The translations under genes were made by a program, and so were the position numbers. The notes beneath the pieces are model-generated. The model did not search any database. It saw only the letters and a list, made by a program, of their open reading frames with translations, and was not told the origin of the DNA. From contig JAGRKV010000022.1 of assembly GCA_020442165.1 (NCBI GenBank), positions 5,921-69,920 of the forward strand: DNA of 64,000 nucleotides, given 5' to 3'. Shown here piece after piece: positions 38,574-47,792 of the stretch. Origin of the DNA: Hyphomicrobiaceae bacterium (GTDB lineage: Bacteria > Pseudomonadota > Alphaproteobacteria > Rhizobiales > Hyphomicrobiaceae). Position 1 is the stretch's first letter; every line of letters begins with the position of its first letter.

Positions 38574-39404
38574 ATGAACCGCGTTCGAAACGCGATGACT
38601 TCGGCGTTGCGCGGCACAGCCACCGTCGCTGCGGTTGTTTGCCTCGCGCCAATCCTTTTGTTGTCAGCAAGCGCAATGGCGCAAGAGCAGACGGCCGCGC
38701 CGGATTCAGTAGGCGGCGCTGGCCCTGATGGCCAGCCGATGCCGGTTTCCGCCGTCATCGAACTCTTCACCAGCCAGGGCTGTTCGTCCTGCCCGCCTGC
38801 GGATGCGCTGTTGCAAAGCTACGCCAAGCGAACTGACGTGATGGCGCTCTCGTACCCCGTTGATTATTGGGACTACCTCGGCTGGAAGGATACTCTCGCG
38901 TCAGCCAAGAACTCCGAGCGTCAGCGGGCCTATGCGAAAGCTCGGGGCGACGGCGCGGTCTATACCCCGCAGGTCGTTGTCAACGGCCTTGGCCACGCCG
39001 TCGGCTCAGATCGCTCGCAGATCGAAAAGCAGATCGCCAAAACAGCAATGCGCTTTGCGGCCAAGCGCGTGCCGATGCGCTTCTGGCGTACATCGAGCAT
39101 GATCGTTGTCGAGGTTGCCTCCGCGCCGGCCGGTATGACGGCAACGCAGGCCACGATCTGGCTTGCCCCGGTTCAGGAAGTTGCTGAAGTTGAAATCCAG
39201 CGCGGCGAAAATCACGGCCGCACGATCACGTATCGCAACGTCGTCCACGAGCTGACACCCATTGGCGCATGGACCGGCAAGCCCATGCGGATTCAGATCG
39301 CTGCGCAGCCATTCATGAAACCTGGCAACATGCGCTACGCGGTATTGCTGCAGGAAGATTCAACCGGCCCCATCATCGGCGCGACCTGGCTGGGCTGGCA
39401 ATAA
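38574..39404 (+). CDS. DUF1223 domain protein (exported, thioredoxin-like CxxC)
   Basis: Signal peptide (VAAVVCLAPILLLSASAMAQ), then VIELFTSQGCSSCPPADALL and PVDYWDYLGWKDT, typical of DUF1223. The start could also be 38544. Confidence 0.8.
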   Translation: MNRVRNAMTSALRGTATVAAVVCLAPILLLSASAMAQEQTAAPDSVGGAGPDGQPMPVSAVIELFTSQGCSSCPPADALLQSYAKRTDVMALSYPVDYWDYLGWKDTLASAKNSERQRAYAKARGDGAVYTPQVVVNGLGHAVGSDRSQIEKQIAKTAMRFAAKRVPMRFWRTSSMIVVEVASAPAGMTATQATIWLAPVQEVAEVEIQRGENHGRTITYRNVVHELTPIGAWTGKPMRIQIAAQPFMKPGNMRYAVLLQEDSTGPIIGATWLGWQ

Positions 39405-39437
39405 AGACCATCCCATCACCCGCGCGATCAGCAATTT

Positions 39438-41567
39438 CTATTTGGCACTCGCAAATCCACGGTTGCGCAACAGACCGTCGATCTCGGGTGCCCGCCCGCG
39501 AAATGCGATATAGGCCTCTTCGGGATCGCGCATGTTGCCCGCCGAATAGATGAAGCGCTTCAGCCGGTCCGCGGTCTTGCGGTCGAATATGTCGCCTGCC
39601 TCCTCGAAAGCAGCGAATGCATCGGCATCCATCACTTCCGACCACATGTAGCTGTAGTAGGCGGAGGCATAACCGCCGACGATGTGCATGAAGTGGGGCA
39701 ACCGATGCCGCATGACGATTTCGGACGGCATCCCGATTTGCCCTAGCACCTCCGCCTCGAACCGGTCGAGATCGCCCGGTACATCCGCCTTGGAATAAAG
39801 CTGCATGTCGGCCAGCGCCGAGGCGGTGAACTCGACAGTTGCAAAACCCTGATTGAAATTGCGCGCCGCCTTGAGCCGCGACAGCAGCTTCGCCGGAATG
39901 GGCTTTCCCGTCTTGTAGTGCAAGGCGAAGCGTTCCAGGACTTCGGCACGCGAAAGCCAGTGTTCGTAGAGCTGCGATGGCAGCTCCACGAAATCACGGC
40001 TGACCGACGTGCCCCACAGCGACGGATAGGTGACGTCAGACAGGAGGCCGTGCAGTCCATGGCCGAACTCGTGGAACAGCGTGCGCGCATCGTCGAACGA
40101 CAGCAGCGTCGGCTCACCCTCCGCGCCCTTGGCGAAGTTCATGACATTGATGATGATCGGCCGTGAACCCTTGCCGATCTTGTGCTGCCCGCGGAAACTC
40201 GACATCCACGCGCCAGACCGCTTGGAGGATCGCGCAAAATAATCGCCCAGGAAAAGCCCAACGTGCTCGCCCCGGCGGTTGGTCACTTCCCAGGCGCGCA
40301 CGTCGGCATGGTAGCGAGGCACATCAGCCGCCGGCTTGAACTTCAATCCGAACAGCCGCGATGCACAGTCGAACGCCGCTGCGATCACGTTGTCGAGCTG
40401 CAGGTAGGGGCGCAGCGCCGCCTCGTCGAGATCGAAGCGCGCCTTGCGCACCTTCTCCGCGTAATAGCGCCAGTCCCAGGCCGCGATCGGTGCGTTGGAA
40501 CCTTCCGCCTTGGCGGCTGCCGCCAGCGCATCCCGCTCCTCCCCGGCCTTGCCAACGGCATGCTTCCAGACTTCTCCCAGCAGTCCGTCTACCGCGTCCG
40601 GAGTCTTCGCCATCGTGTCAGCGAGTGCGAACGCCGAATAGGTTTCATATCCCAGCAGCGCCGCATACTCCTGCCGCAGCGCCACGATCTCGAGAAGTAT
40701 ACCCCGGTTGTCGGTCGCACCGCCGTTTGCACCGCGCCTGATCCAAGCGTTGAAGGCTTGCTCGCGCAGGTCGCGGCGCGCCGAAAACGTCAAGAAGCCC
40801 TCGACGCTGGAGCGCGCCAGAGTGATGACGTGGCGGCCGGCAAGACCCCGCTCCTGCGCCTCGCGCGCCGCACTGGCGCGAAAGCCGTCCGGCAGACCCG
40901 CAAGATCGGCCTCGCCGTCGAGCACCATGTGCCAGGACTGCTCATCCTTCAGCACGTTCTGCATGAATTGAGTGACGAGGGAGGCCAGACGCTGGTTGAT
41001 GGCCGCGACCCTTTTCTTTTCAGCCGCTCCGAGGGCCGCACCAGCCCGCACGAATGCCAGATGCGTGCGCTCCACAAGCCTTAGCGCCTCCGCGTCGAGC
41101 TTGAGCGTCTCCCGCCGCTGGTAAAGGTCGTCGATACGCTTGAAAAGTTTACGGTCGAGCAGAATGGCACTCTCGTGGTCTGCAAATCGGGGTGACATCT
41201 GCCGAGCGATTTCAGCCAACGCATCTGTGCTGTCAGCAGCTTCCAGATTGGAGAAAACGTGACCGATCCGGTCGAGCAGCACGCCGGATTTTTCAAGCGC
41301 AAGAATCGTGTTTGCGAAGGTCGGCCGCGCGGGATTGCTCGCGATGGTGCGCACCTCCGCCCGGTGTTCCGCGAAGGCCCTTTGCAACGCCGGCACGAAA
41401 TGGCGCGCTTCGATTTTATCGAATGGCGCGATGCCGAACGGCGTACGCCACGGCTTCAGCAAGGGATTGGAAGTGGGTTTCGCCGATGCCGCTTTCTTTT
41501 GGCTGCCCTTCCTGATCCGCTGCGCGCTCTTGGACTTGCCGCCCGCCTTGCTCGCCCTTGCCGTCAT
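39438..41567 (-). CDS. M3 family metallopeptidase (peptidyl-dipeptidase Dcp / oligopeptidase A-like)
   Basis: HEFGHGLHGLL zinc motif and an overall M3 pattern. The ATG at 41567 has GGAG upstream. The track start at 41648 is a TTG only 8 nt from a strong terminator and is unlikely. Confidence 0.9.
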   Translation of the reverse strand: MTARASKAGGKSKSAQRIRKGSQKKAASAKPTSNPLLKPWRTPFGIAPFDKIEARHFVPALQRAFAEHRAEVRTIASNPARPTFANTILALEKSGVLLDRIGHVFSNLEAADSTDALAEIARQMSPRFADHESAILLDRKLFKRIDDLYQRRETLKLDAEALRLVERTHLAFVRAGAALGAAEKKRVAAINQRLASLVTQFMQNVLKDEQSWHMVLDGEADLAGLPDGFRASAAREAQERGLAGRHVITLARSSVEGFLTFSARRDLREQAFNAWIRRGANGGATDNRGILLEIVALRQEYAALLGYETYSAFALADTMAKTPDAVDGLLGEVWKHAVGKAGEERDALAAAAKAEGSNAPIAAWDWRYYAEKVRKARFDLDEAALRPYLQLDNVIAAAFDCASRLFGLKFKPAADVPRYHADVRAWEVTNRRGEHVGLFLGDYFARSSKRSGAWMSSFRGQHKIGKGSRPIIINVMNFAKGAEGEPTLLSFDDARTLFHEFGHGLHGLLSDVTYPSLWGTSVSRDFVELPSQLYEHWLSRAEVLERFALHYKTGKPIPAKLLSRLKAARNFNQGFATVEFTASALADMQLYSKADVPGDLDRFEAEVLGQIGMPSEIVMRHRLPHFMHIVGGYASAYYSYMWSEVMDADAFAAFEEAGDIFDRKTADRLKRFIYSAGNMRDPEEAYIAFRGRAPEIDGLLRNRGFASAK

Positions 41568-41655
41568 GCCTATGCCGCTCCTGGCCTGTCTGCTCACCCG
41601 TGCAGGTAATGCCCCAGAGCGTTCCAGCGCAAGCCGAGCGTCATCCAATCAGCGG

Positions 41656-41697
41656 CAAAAAAGAAAACGAGAGCCGGTTGGGGGGAACCGGCTCTCG
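41656..41697 (-). terminator. Strong intrinsic terminator on the minus strand, upstream of dcp
   Basis: 12-bp perfect stem CGAGAGCCGGTT / AACCGGCTCTCG (41668-41679 / 41686-41697) with a G6/C6 loop. On the minus strand it is followed by TTTTCTTTTTT. Confidence 0.65.
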
Positions 41698-41942
41698 TGG
41701 ATGCATTGAGCACCGTCCTCAAGGAGAGGATTGCGTTTGCAGGCAAGCAGCTGAACCTGACTCCAGGGGGTTGGGGGCTGATCGTCCAGAGCCAAACCCG
41801 CCCGCCGCAGCGGCAACATGGATACTATGCGTGAACTTTGTGTCCGGCAGTCGACCCGAAGTCGACAATGTTCAGTTCATGTTGCGGCAAAATCATGAAA
41901 CTCATTTCCAAGTCATCAGCAAGCAAGCGTGAAATAAAAATA

Positions 41943-42012
41943 GGCCCGGTCCGGGAGATGTTCTCGGAGGGAACTGGGGGCTGATTTCCGAGTGTTTTTT
42001 GCGGACCGGGCC
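41943..42012. terminator. Nested, bidirectional terminator-like structure
   Basis: The 11-bp outer stem is GGCCCGGTCCG / CGGACCGGGCC (41943-41953 / 42002-42012) and is followed on the minus strand by TATTTTTATTT. The inner plus-strand hairpin is CTCGGA / TCCGAG (41963-41968 / 41987-41992) and is followed by TGTTTTTT. Confidence 0.45.
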
Positions 42013-42234
42013 AAACGCCGATGGGTTAGAGTTTTGTCAGACCAATGCGGCGCCCGATGGGACCGAATGTGGCTGACTCGTGATTTTTATTGCCAACTAT
42101 TTCAACCATCCGTGACTGTTTTTGCGGCCGGTCAGCCCGAATATGCACCGTCAGCCCGTTCTGGTAGGCCCGGAATCGCTTGATCCCAGGGGCCTTTTGC
42201 GTAATCCTTTCAATCCTGTGACAGGGGGGCGCCG

Positions 42235-42648
42235 TTGAGCGAATCCGAACCGATAGTCGATCTCCGCCCGGCCTTGGCGGGCCGGTCTGCCTCCAATATC
42301 ACCCAAAAAAACGCCTCCCCGCCCAATTCCGGGCCACGGGAAACCACTGCGATTACAGTCTTCAATCGTCAGGAGCTCAACCAGATCTTCCAGGTCTATG
42401 GGCGTCAGGTGGCGAGCGGAGAATGGCGCGATTACGCCATAGATATGGGCCGCGAGACAGCGGTGTTCTCGATTTTCCGCCGCTCCAGCGAGTGCCCGAT
42501 CTACCGTATCGAAAAGACCCCACGAATGGCCCGCCGGCAGGGCATGTACGCGGTCATTGCCGCGACCGGCCTCATTCTGAAGCGCGGAGCTGATCTCCGC
42601 CGTGTCCTCGCCGTTATCGACAAATCGCTCCGCCTCGTCTCGCGCTGA
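42235..42648 (+). CDS. DUF2794 domain protein
   Basis: VFNRQELNQIFQVYGRQVASGEWRDYAID...AVFSIFRRSSECPIYRIEK fits the DUF2794 pattern. TTG start, so the start is uncertain. Confidence 0.7.
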   Translation: MSESEPIVDLRPALAGRSASNITQKNASPPNSGPRETTAITVFNRQELNQIFQVYGRQVASGEWRDYAIDMGRETAVFSIFRRSSECPIYRIEKTPRMARRQGMYAVIAATGLILKRGADLRRVLAVIDKSLRLVSR

Positions 42649-42675
42649 GCCAACACGGCAAGTTTGCTGTCATCA

Positions 42676-43257
42676 TCACGAACTGGCCAATTCAGCCAGC
42701 GGTCGCGGTGCGGATGAAGATCCCTCCCCCAACGGCCGCTGCATATAGATGACGTCGTGCCACCGGCCGAACTTATAGCCCACCCCCCTAAGCAGCCCAG
42801 CGCGTTCAAAACCCAGAGCCGCATGTAACGTAACCGAACCGGCAGTCGCATCCCCACCTGCAATGAGTGCCACCATTTGCCGGAAACCTGCTGCCGCCGA
42901 AATCTCGATGAGTTCGCCGAGCAGCGCCCGCCCGATGCCGCGCCGCTGCGCCGCCGCACTGAGATAGATCGAATCCTCCACCGACCAGGCATAAGCCGCC
43001 CGTTCCGCCAGCCCGTGCGCATAGGCATAGCCGACAACTTCGCCATCGGCCTCCGCCACCAGATACGCCGCACCCGCCAATGTGTAGTGCTCCCACCGTC
43101 TCCGCATCTCTGCAGCCTCCGGTGGCTCAAGTTCGAACGTGATTGCAGTTTCTTCGACGTAGGGCCGGTAGATGGCGGCTATCGCATCGAAATCCCGAGC
43201 CTCGGCCTGCCGGATAGTGAAATCCCCGCCAAGCTCCTCGCGATTGCCCTGACCCAT
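42676..43257 (-). CDS. GNAT family N-acetyltransferase (phosphinothricin acetyltransferase-like)
   Basis: IRQAEARDFDAIAAIYRPYVEETAITFE plus the acetyl-CoA motif RRGIGRALL and the C-terminal GYKFGRWHDV match this family. Confidence 0.85.
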   Translation of the reverse strand: MGQGNREELGGDFTIRQAEARDFDAIAAIYRPYVEETAITFELEPPEAAEMRRRWEHYTLAGAAYLVAEADGEVVGYAYAHGLAERAAYAWSVEDSIYLSAAAQRRGIGRALLGELIEISAAAGFRQMVALIAGGDATAGSVTLHAALGFERAGLLRGVGYKFGRWHDVIYMQRPLGEGSSSAPRPLAELASS

Positions 43258-43290
43258 CGCTCTTCATCCTGTCTCGCCTGCCCTGACCCT

Positions 43291-43325
43291 GAAAAGCAAA
43301 GGGCCCCGCCGAAGCAGAGCCCTTG
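43291..43325 (-). terminator. Probable terminator after the Bax inhibitor-1 family gene
   Basis: On the minus strand: AAGGGC ... GCCCTT stem (43324-43319 / 43304-43299), followed by TGCTTTTC. Confidence 0.45.
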
Positions 43326-43351
43326 CATTACTTTGTGTCAGCAAAACCCGT

Positions 43352-44152
43352 TCACTCGTTCTGCGAGCCAAACAGCGACAGCATGAACTGGAACATGTTG
43401 ACGAAGTCGAGGTAGAGGCTGAGTGCGCCGAAGATCGACGCCTTTTTCATCGCCGAGGCATCACCGGCCACCATCTGATACTCGTCCTTCAGCCGCTGCG
43501 TGTCGTAGGCCGTAAGACCGGCAAACACCAGCAGACCGATCACCGAGATCGCAAAGTGAAGTGCGCTCGACGCAAGGAAGATATTGACGATCGACGCGAT
43601 GATGATGCCGACCACACCCATGATGAGGAACGAACCCCAGGCCGACATGTCCTTCTTCGTCGTGTAGCCATAAAGGCTCAGCGCAGCGAATGCCGCCGCC
43701 GTGATGAAGAACATCTGGTAGATCGAGCCGATTTTGAAGATCACGAAGATCGACGACATCGACACGCCCATCGCCACCGCGAAAGCCCAGAAGACGACCT
43801 GCGCCGTTGCGGCGCTCGTGCGGGCGAACGACAGGAACAGGACGAACGCAAGCGGCAGCAACGCCAGCACCCACTTCAGCGGCGACAGCAGGATCAGCTT
43901 GCCGAGCGGGGTGACGAACATGCCAGACTTCAGCGCCAACGCCGCGCCGCTTACCGATTTGGCAGCCAGCATTGGATCGGTCGTCACCATCTGCGTGTAG
44001 AGGACATAGGCCACGGCACCCGACAGCGCCACGGCCAATGCCATGTAGTTGTAGACGCCGAGCATGAACGCCCGGAGACCTTCGTCGATTCGCCCGACCT
44101 CACGACCGGCCGTGCCGGCGGAGTAAGCGTACCGTTTATCCAATTGAGCCAT
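43352..44152 (-). CDS. Bax inhibitor-1 / YccA family membrane protein
   Basis: The ATG at 44152 gives MAQLDKRYAY... and the DEGLRAFMLGVYNYMALAVALSG motif. Seven hydrophobic helices and a C-terminal LYLDFVNMFQFML. Confidence 0.9.
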   Translation of the reverse strand: MAQLDKRYAYSAGTAGREVGRIDEGLRAFMLGVYNYMALAVALSGAVAYVLYTQMVTTDPMLAAKSVSGAALALKSGMFVTPLGKLILLSPLKWVLALLPLAFVLFLSFARTSAATAQVVFWAFAVAMGVSMSSIFVIFKIGSIYQMFFITAAAFAALSLYGYTTKKDMSAWGSFLIMGVVGIIIASIVNIFLASSALHFAISVIGLLVFAGLTAYDTQRLKDEYQMVAGDASAMKKASIFGALSLYLDFVNMFQFMLSLFGSQNE

Positions 44153-44314
44153 CTCGTATTTTTCCCTTTCCACCGGTTCCAACGATCCGGATCACGCCAA
44201 GAATATGACCACGGTTTGCGGCCTGTTCAAGATGTCTGCTGCCGAAATCCGACGGCGAACCTTAGATTTTCTGAATCTGCGCGACGCCCTGAACGCAAGT
44301 GCGCCTGACTCTCC

Positions 44315-46915
44315 TCAGCCGGTCCGCAGATACCACACGGGCCGCGCACGGAGCACTTGCAACGTCCCCAGGCCGCCGAAAAGGACTACCAGGCCCACCG
44401 CCAGCGAAAGCGCCAGCGACACGGCGCTCCATGATAAAGAAAATCCCACGTCCATGATGACTTCAAGCGCAACCCAGGCCGCCGCCGCGCCAAATGCCAC
44501 CGCAAAGCCCGTTGTCGCCAGGGCAATGAGCATGTATTCGACGATGTGCGCCGTCAGAATGCGCCGGCGCGTGGCGCCGATCGCCTTGAGGATCACCGCT
44601 TCCAATACCCGGCGCCGCTGCGCGGTTGCCAGCGCACCCGCCAGCACCAGCGCTCCGGCGACAAGCGTAACGCCACCAGCAACACGCACCGCCGCCATTA
44701 TTTTTGCAAAGACCGCTCCAAAGGCGTTGATCGCATCCTTCACCCGGATGGCCGTTACTGTCGGAAAAGCGCGTCCCACCGCGCGCGCAACCTCAGCCTC
44801 CACCGACAACGGCGTCGCTTTCGGCAGCGTCACGGTTGACAGCAGATTATGCGGCGCCCCTGCCAGGGTGTTGGGCGAAAAAACTAAGACGAAGTTGATG
44901 GCAAGGCTCTCCCAGTTGACTTCCCGCAGATTGGCGATGCGCGCCGTGACATTGCGGCCAAGCACGTTGACAGTGACCATATCGCCAATGCCGACGCCAA
45001 GCTGCCCCGCCAGCTCCGCCTCGAAGGATACGAGCGGTTCGCCGCTGTAGTCCTTGCCCCACCACGTTCCTTTCACAACCTTCGAGCCTTCCGGCACGTC
45101 GTCGGCGTAGGTGAGCCCGCGATCGCCACGCAGCACCCATTCGGCCTCGGGTGGCGGCTTGATCGTCTCCACCAGCCGTTCCCCGAGCTTGACCAGCCGC
45201 CCTCTCAACATGGGCGCGCGTACCATCTCCGCATCCGGTGCCACGCCTTTGACGATGCCGGCAACCTGATCGAAACCTTCCTTGGGAATGTCGAGCAGAA
45301 AGTAGTTGGGCGAGCGGTCAGGCAGCCGCGAAGCAATCTCCTTGACCAGCGAAGCATCCGCCAGCGCAACCGCCACCAGCAGCGACAGACCGGCGCCCAA
45401 TGACAAGACGACCGAGCGCGTCAATCCGCCCGGCGCACCAAGATTGGCAAGCGCCACCGCCAGTTCTGGATAGGCGGGTCTGGGTACGCGCCGCGCAAGC
45501 CAGGTCACTGCCGAACCCAGCAGCCAGAACAGCACGAAGACTCCTGCAAGTCCGGCGACGAAAAAGACCGCGATCCGTTTTGAATCGGATGCACCGATTA
45601 CCAGGGCAACAAGCGTCGCTGCGATCAACCCGACGAGCACCACCACCTGCCGGCGGGGCCAGCCGCGCTGCTCTGCAACCTGGTCGCGGAACAAAACCGC
45701 AGGCGGCACCAGCTCAGCTTGCCCGAGCGGCCACAGCGCAAAGAGCAACGCCACCAAGGCCCCATAGCCGGCAGCCATCGCAAGGCTTGCCGGCGTCAAC
45801 ACCAGATGGGTCTCGAACGGCAGAACATCGGCATAAAACGAGTGCAGGGCGATCGGAACAAACGCGCCCAATGCCAGCCCGATGGCGATGCCGATCAACG
45901 CCACGACTGCGATCTGCGCGAGAAAAATCTGAAACACCAGTTGCTGCGGCGCGCCGAGGCTCTTCATCGTCGCAATCACCTTGCGGCGCTTGTCGACGAA
46001 GGCCTGCACCGCGTTGGCGACACCGACACCGCCGATCAGCAGCGCCGTCAATCCAATCAACGTCAGGAACTGCTGCAGCCGCTCCAGGGTACGCCGCACT
46101 TGTGGCCGGGGGTCGCGGCGATCGCTCACCGTGAACCCGGCCTCGGGAAACTGTCGCTTCGTCGCCGAAGTGAATGCATCGAGAGCCGCGACGCCCTCGG
46201 ACTGCACCGGCGCCATCTTGAGCGCGTAACGCCAGCGCACCAGCGACCCCGGCTTGACGAGCCCGGTCTTTTCCAGCGTATCCAGGGAAACAAAAATCCG
46301 CGGCCCAAAAGACAATCGATCCGAAAGACTATCCGGCTCCGAAATGACCTTCGCGCGTGCTGTGACCACCGCCTCGCCGATATGAAAGGTATCACCGGGC
46401 TTCAGACCCAGTCGTTCCAATATGATGGGATCGACGGCCGCGCCGTCACCTGCAACCGCAGCATCGAGTGCCGCATCCTCGCCAAGCCGCACTTTGCCGA
46501 CGAGCGGATATGCGCCATCGACACCTTTCAGCTCGACCAGCACCTGCTCATTGCCATCGTTGGTACGCGCCATCGTCCGCAGCGTTGCCGTCTCGCTGAG
46601 GCGGCCGCGCTGCTCCAGCCAGCGCCGCTCTTCGTCGGTCGCTTTCGAATGCGTGCGTGATACCGTGGCGTCACCGCCGAGGATTGTTTCGCCCTGTGCC
46701 GCCAGCCCCGACCGCAACGCATCGGACAGCGCGCCAACCGCGGTAATCACCATCACGCCCAGCGCCAGGCATGCAATGAAGACGGAAAAGCCGCGCAGGC
46801 CGCCGCGCATCTCGCGCATGGCAAGCCGCAGCACCTGTGCGAGACCCGGCCCACGGCGGCGCGGCCGTTCCTCGCCGTGGTCGCGCACGCTGTTTTCAGC
46901 TCGGGCTGCGGTCAT
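44315..46915 (-). CDS. FtsX-like ABC transporter permease (YbbP-type, duplicated FtsX domains)
   Basis: 866 aa with two FtsX-type 4-helix bundles and large periplasmic loops. ATGA overlap with the upstream ATPase gene. Confidence 0.85.
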   Translation of the reverse strand: MTAARAENSVRDHGEERPRRRGPGLAQVLRLAMREMRGGLRGFSVFIACLALGVMVITAVGALSDALRSGLAAQGETILGGDATVSRTHSKATDEERRWLEQRGRLSETATLRTMARTNDGNEQVLVELKGVDGAYPLVGKVRLGEDAALDAAVAGDGAAVDPIILERLGLKPGDTFHIGEAVVTARAKVISEPDSLSDRLSFGPRIFVSLDTLEKTGLVKPGSLVRWRYALKMAPVQSEGVAALDAFTSATKRQFPEAGFTVSDRRDPRPQVRRTLERLQQFLTLIGLTALLIGGVGVANAVQAFVDKRRKVIATMKSLGAPQQLVFQIFLAQIAVVALIGIAIGLALGAFVPIALHSFYADVLPFETHLVLTPASLAMAAGYGALVALLFALWPLGQAELVPPAVLFRDQVAEQRGWPRRQVVVLVGLIAATLVALVIGASDSKRIAVFFVAGLAGVFVLFWLLGSAVTWLARRVPRPAYPELAVALANLGAPGGLTRSVVLSLGAGLSLLVAVALADASLVKEIASRLPDRSPNYFLLDIPKEGFDQVAGIVKGVAPDAEMVRAPMLRGRLVKLGERLVETIKPPPEAEWVLRGDRGLTYADDVPEGSKVVKGTWWGKDYSGEPLVSFEAELAGQLGVGIGDMVTVNVLGRNVTARIANLREVNWESLAINFVLVFSPNTLAGAPHNLLSTVTLPKATPLSVEAEVARAVGRAFPTVTAIRVKDAINAFGAVFAKIMAAVRVAGGVTLVAGALVLAGALATAQRRRVLEAVILKAIGATRRRILTAHIVEYMLIALATTGFAVAFGAAAAWVALEVIMDVGFSLSWSAVSLALSLAVGLVVLFGGLGTLQVLRARPVWYLRTG

Positions 46916-47700
46916 TGCGCCGCCGTCCGCGGCTCGGCGGTTCGTATCGCTTGGGCCTCATCGGAAATGATGCGTCCATCTGCCATTCGCACCGTCCGGT
47001 CGCATCGCGCCGCCAAGCCGTCATCATGGGTGATGAGAACCAGTGTCGATCCGTGCCGCTTGTGCAGGTCGAACAAGAGCTCGATGACTTGCGCGCCCGT
47101 CCGCCCATCGAGATTGCCCGTCGGTTCATCGGCGAGAAGCAGCCTGGGCTGGCCCGATACCGCGCGTGCCAGGGCAACACGCTGTTGCTCACCGCCCGAA
47201 AGCTCGGCTGGAAAATGTTCCGTGCGATCCTTCAGTCCAACTTCGCCGAGAAGCTTGCGCGCCACGCCAAGCGCATCGCGACGGCCGGCGAACTCAAGCG
47301 GCAGCGCGACGTTTTCAAGCGCCGTCATCGTCGGCACGAGGTGGAACGACTGGAACACGATGCCGATATCCCGCCCGCGCGCTTCCGCCAGGGCATCCTC
47401 GCTCATTTTGCTGAAATCCTCGCCCACCACCTCGACGCGGCCCCGGCTCGCGCGCTCAAGTCCCGCCAGGATCATGAGCAGCGATGTCTTGCCCGATCCC
47501 GACGGACCTACCACCGCAACCGATTCCCCCGCCGCAATCCGCAGCGACACGCCGCGCAGAATTTCAACGGGACCAGCGCGGCTCGTCAACGTCAGCCCCA
47601 CGTCGGCAACGTCGATGATCGCGCCGGATGCTGCCGCCGCCTGCGCTGCGGTATAAGATTGGCCTGCCACGTTCGGGCTTTCTCCTTCTGCCCGCATCAC
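46912..47700 (-). CDS. ABC transporter ATP-binding protein (YbbA/LolD-like)
   Basis: Walker A GPSGSGKTS, signature LSGGEQQRVALARA and Walker B LLLADEPTGNLD. An alternative GTG start at 47670 follows a GAAGGAGAA RBS. Confidence 0.85.
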   Translation of the reverse strand: MMRAEGESPNVAGQSYTAAQAAAASGAIIDVADVGLTLTSRAGPVEILRGVSLRIAAGESVAVVGPSGSGKTSLLMILAGLERASRGRVEVVGEDFSKMSEDALAEARGRDIGIVFQSFHLVPTMTALENVALPLEFAGRRDALGVARKLLGEVGLKDRTEHFPAELSGGEQQRVALARAVSGQPRLLLADEPTGNLDGRTGAQVIELLFDLHKRHGSTLVLITHDDGLAARCDRTVRMADGRIISDEAQAIRTAEPRTAAQ

Positions 47701-47792
47701 GATTGGGATCCGGGCCTTGCGGAGTGCAACCGCTGGCCCTAGGTCTTCACCGTGGCGAGTCGTGTGACATGAAGGCGGGATGAGGCGAAAAC

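Noticed and set aside
41825-41905. 26-codon minus-strand ORF (MSFMILPQHELNIVDFGSTAGHKVHA) inside the terminator-bounded segment
   Set aside because: The GGA lies only 2 nt from the ATG, so there is no functional SD spacing. The peptide has no features, and part of it is simply the GTCGAC hairpin. I mention it only as a caveat to the sRNA hypothesis.
41772-41985. The GGGGCTGAT motif resembles the 5' end of tmRNA, so I asked whether this is a (two-piece) ssrA gene
   Set aside because: There is no tag reading frame of the ANDN... type, no T-arm (GGTTCGA-like) and no acceptor 3' strand with CCA nearby on either strand. The resemblance is limited to 9-10 nt.
45719-47742. Two plus-strand ORFs of 313 and 301 codons (45719-46660 and 46837-47742)
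   Set aside because: They are antisense to the FtsX-like permease and ABC ATPase genes. Their composition is Arg/Pro-rich and atypical.
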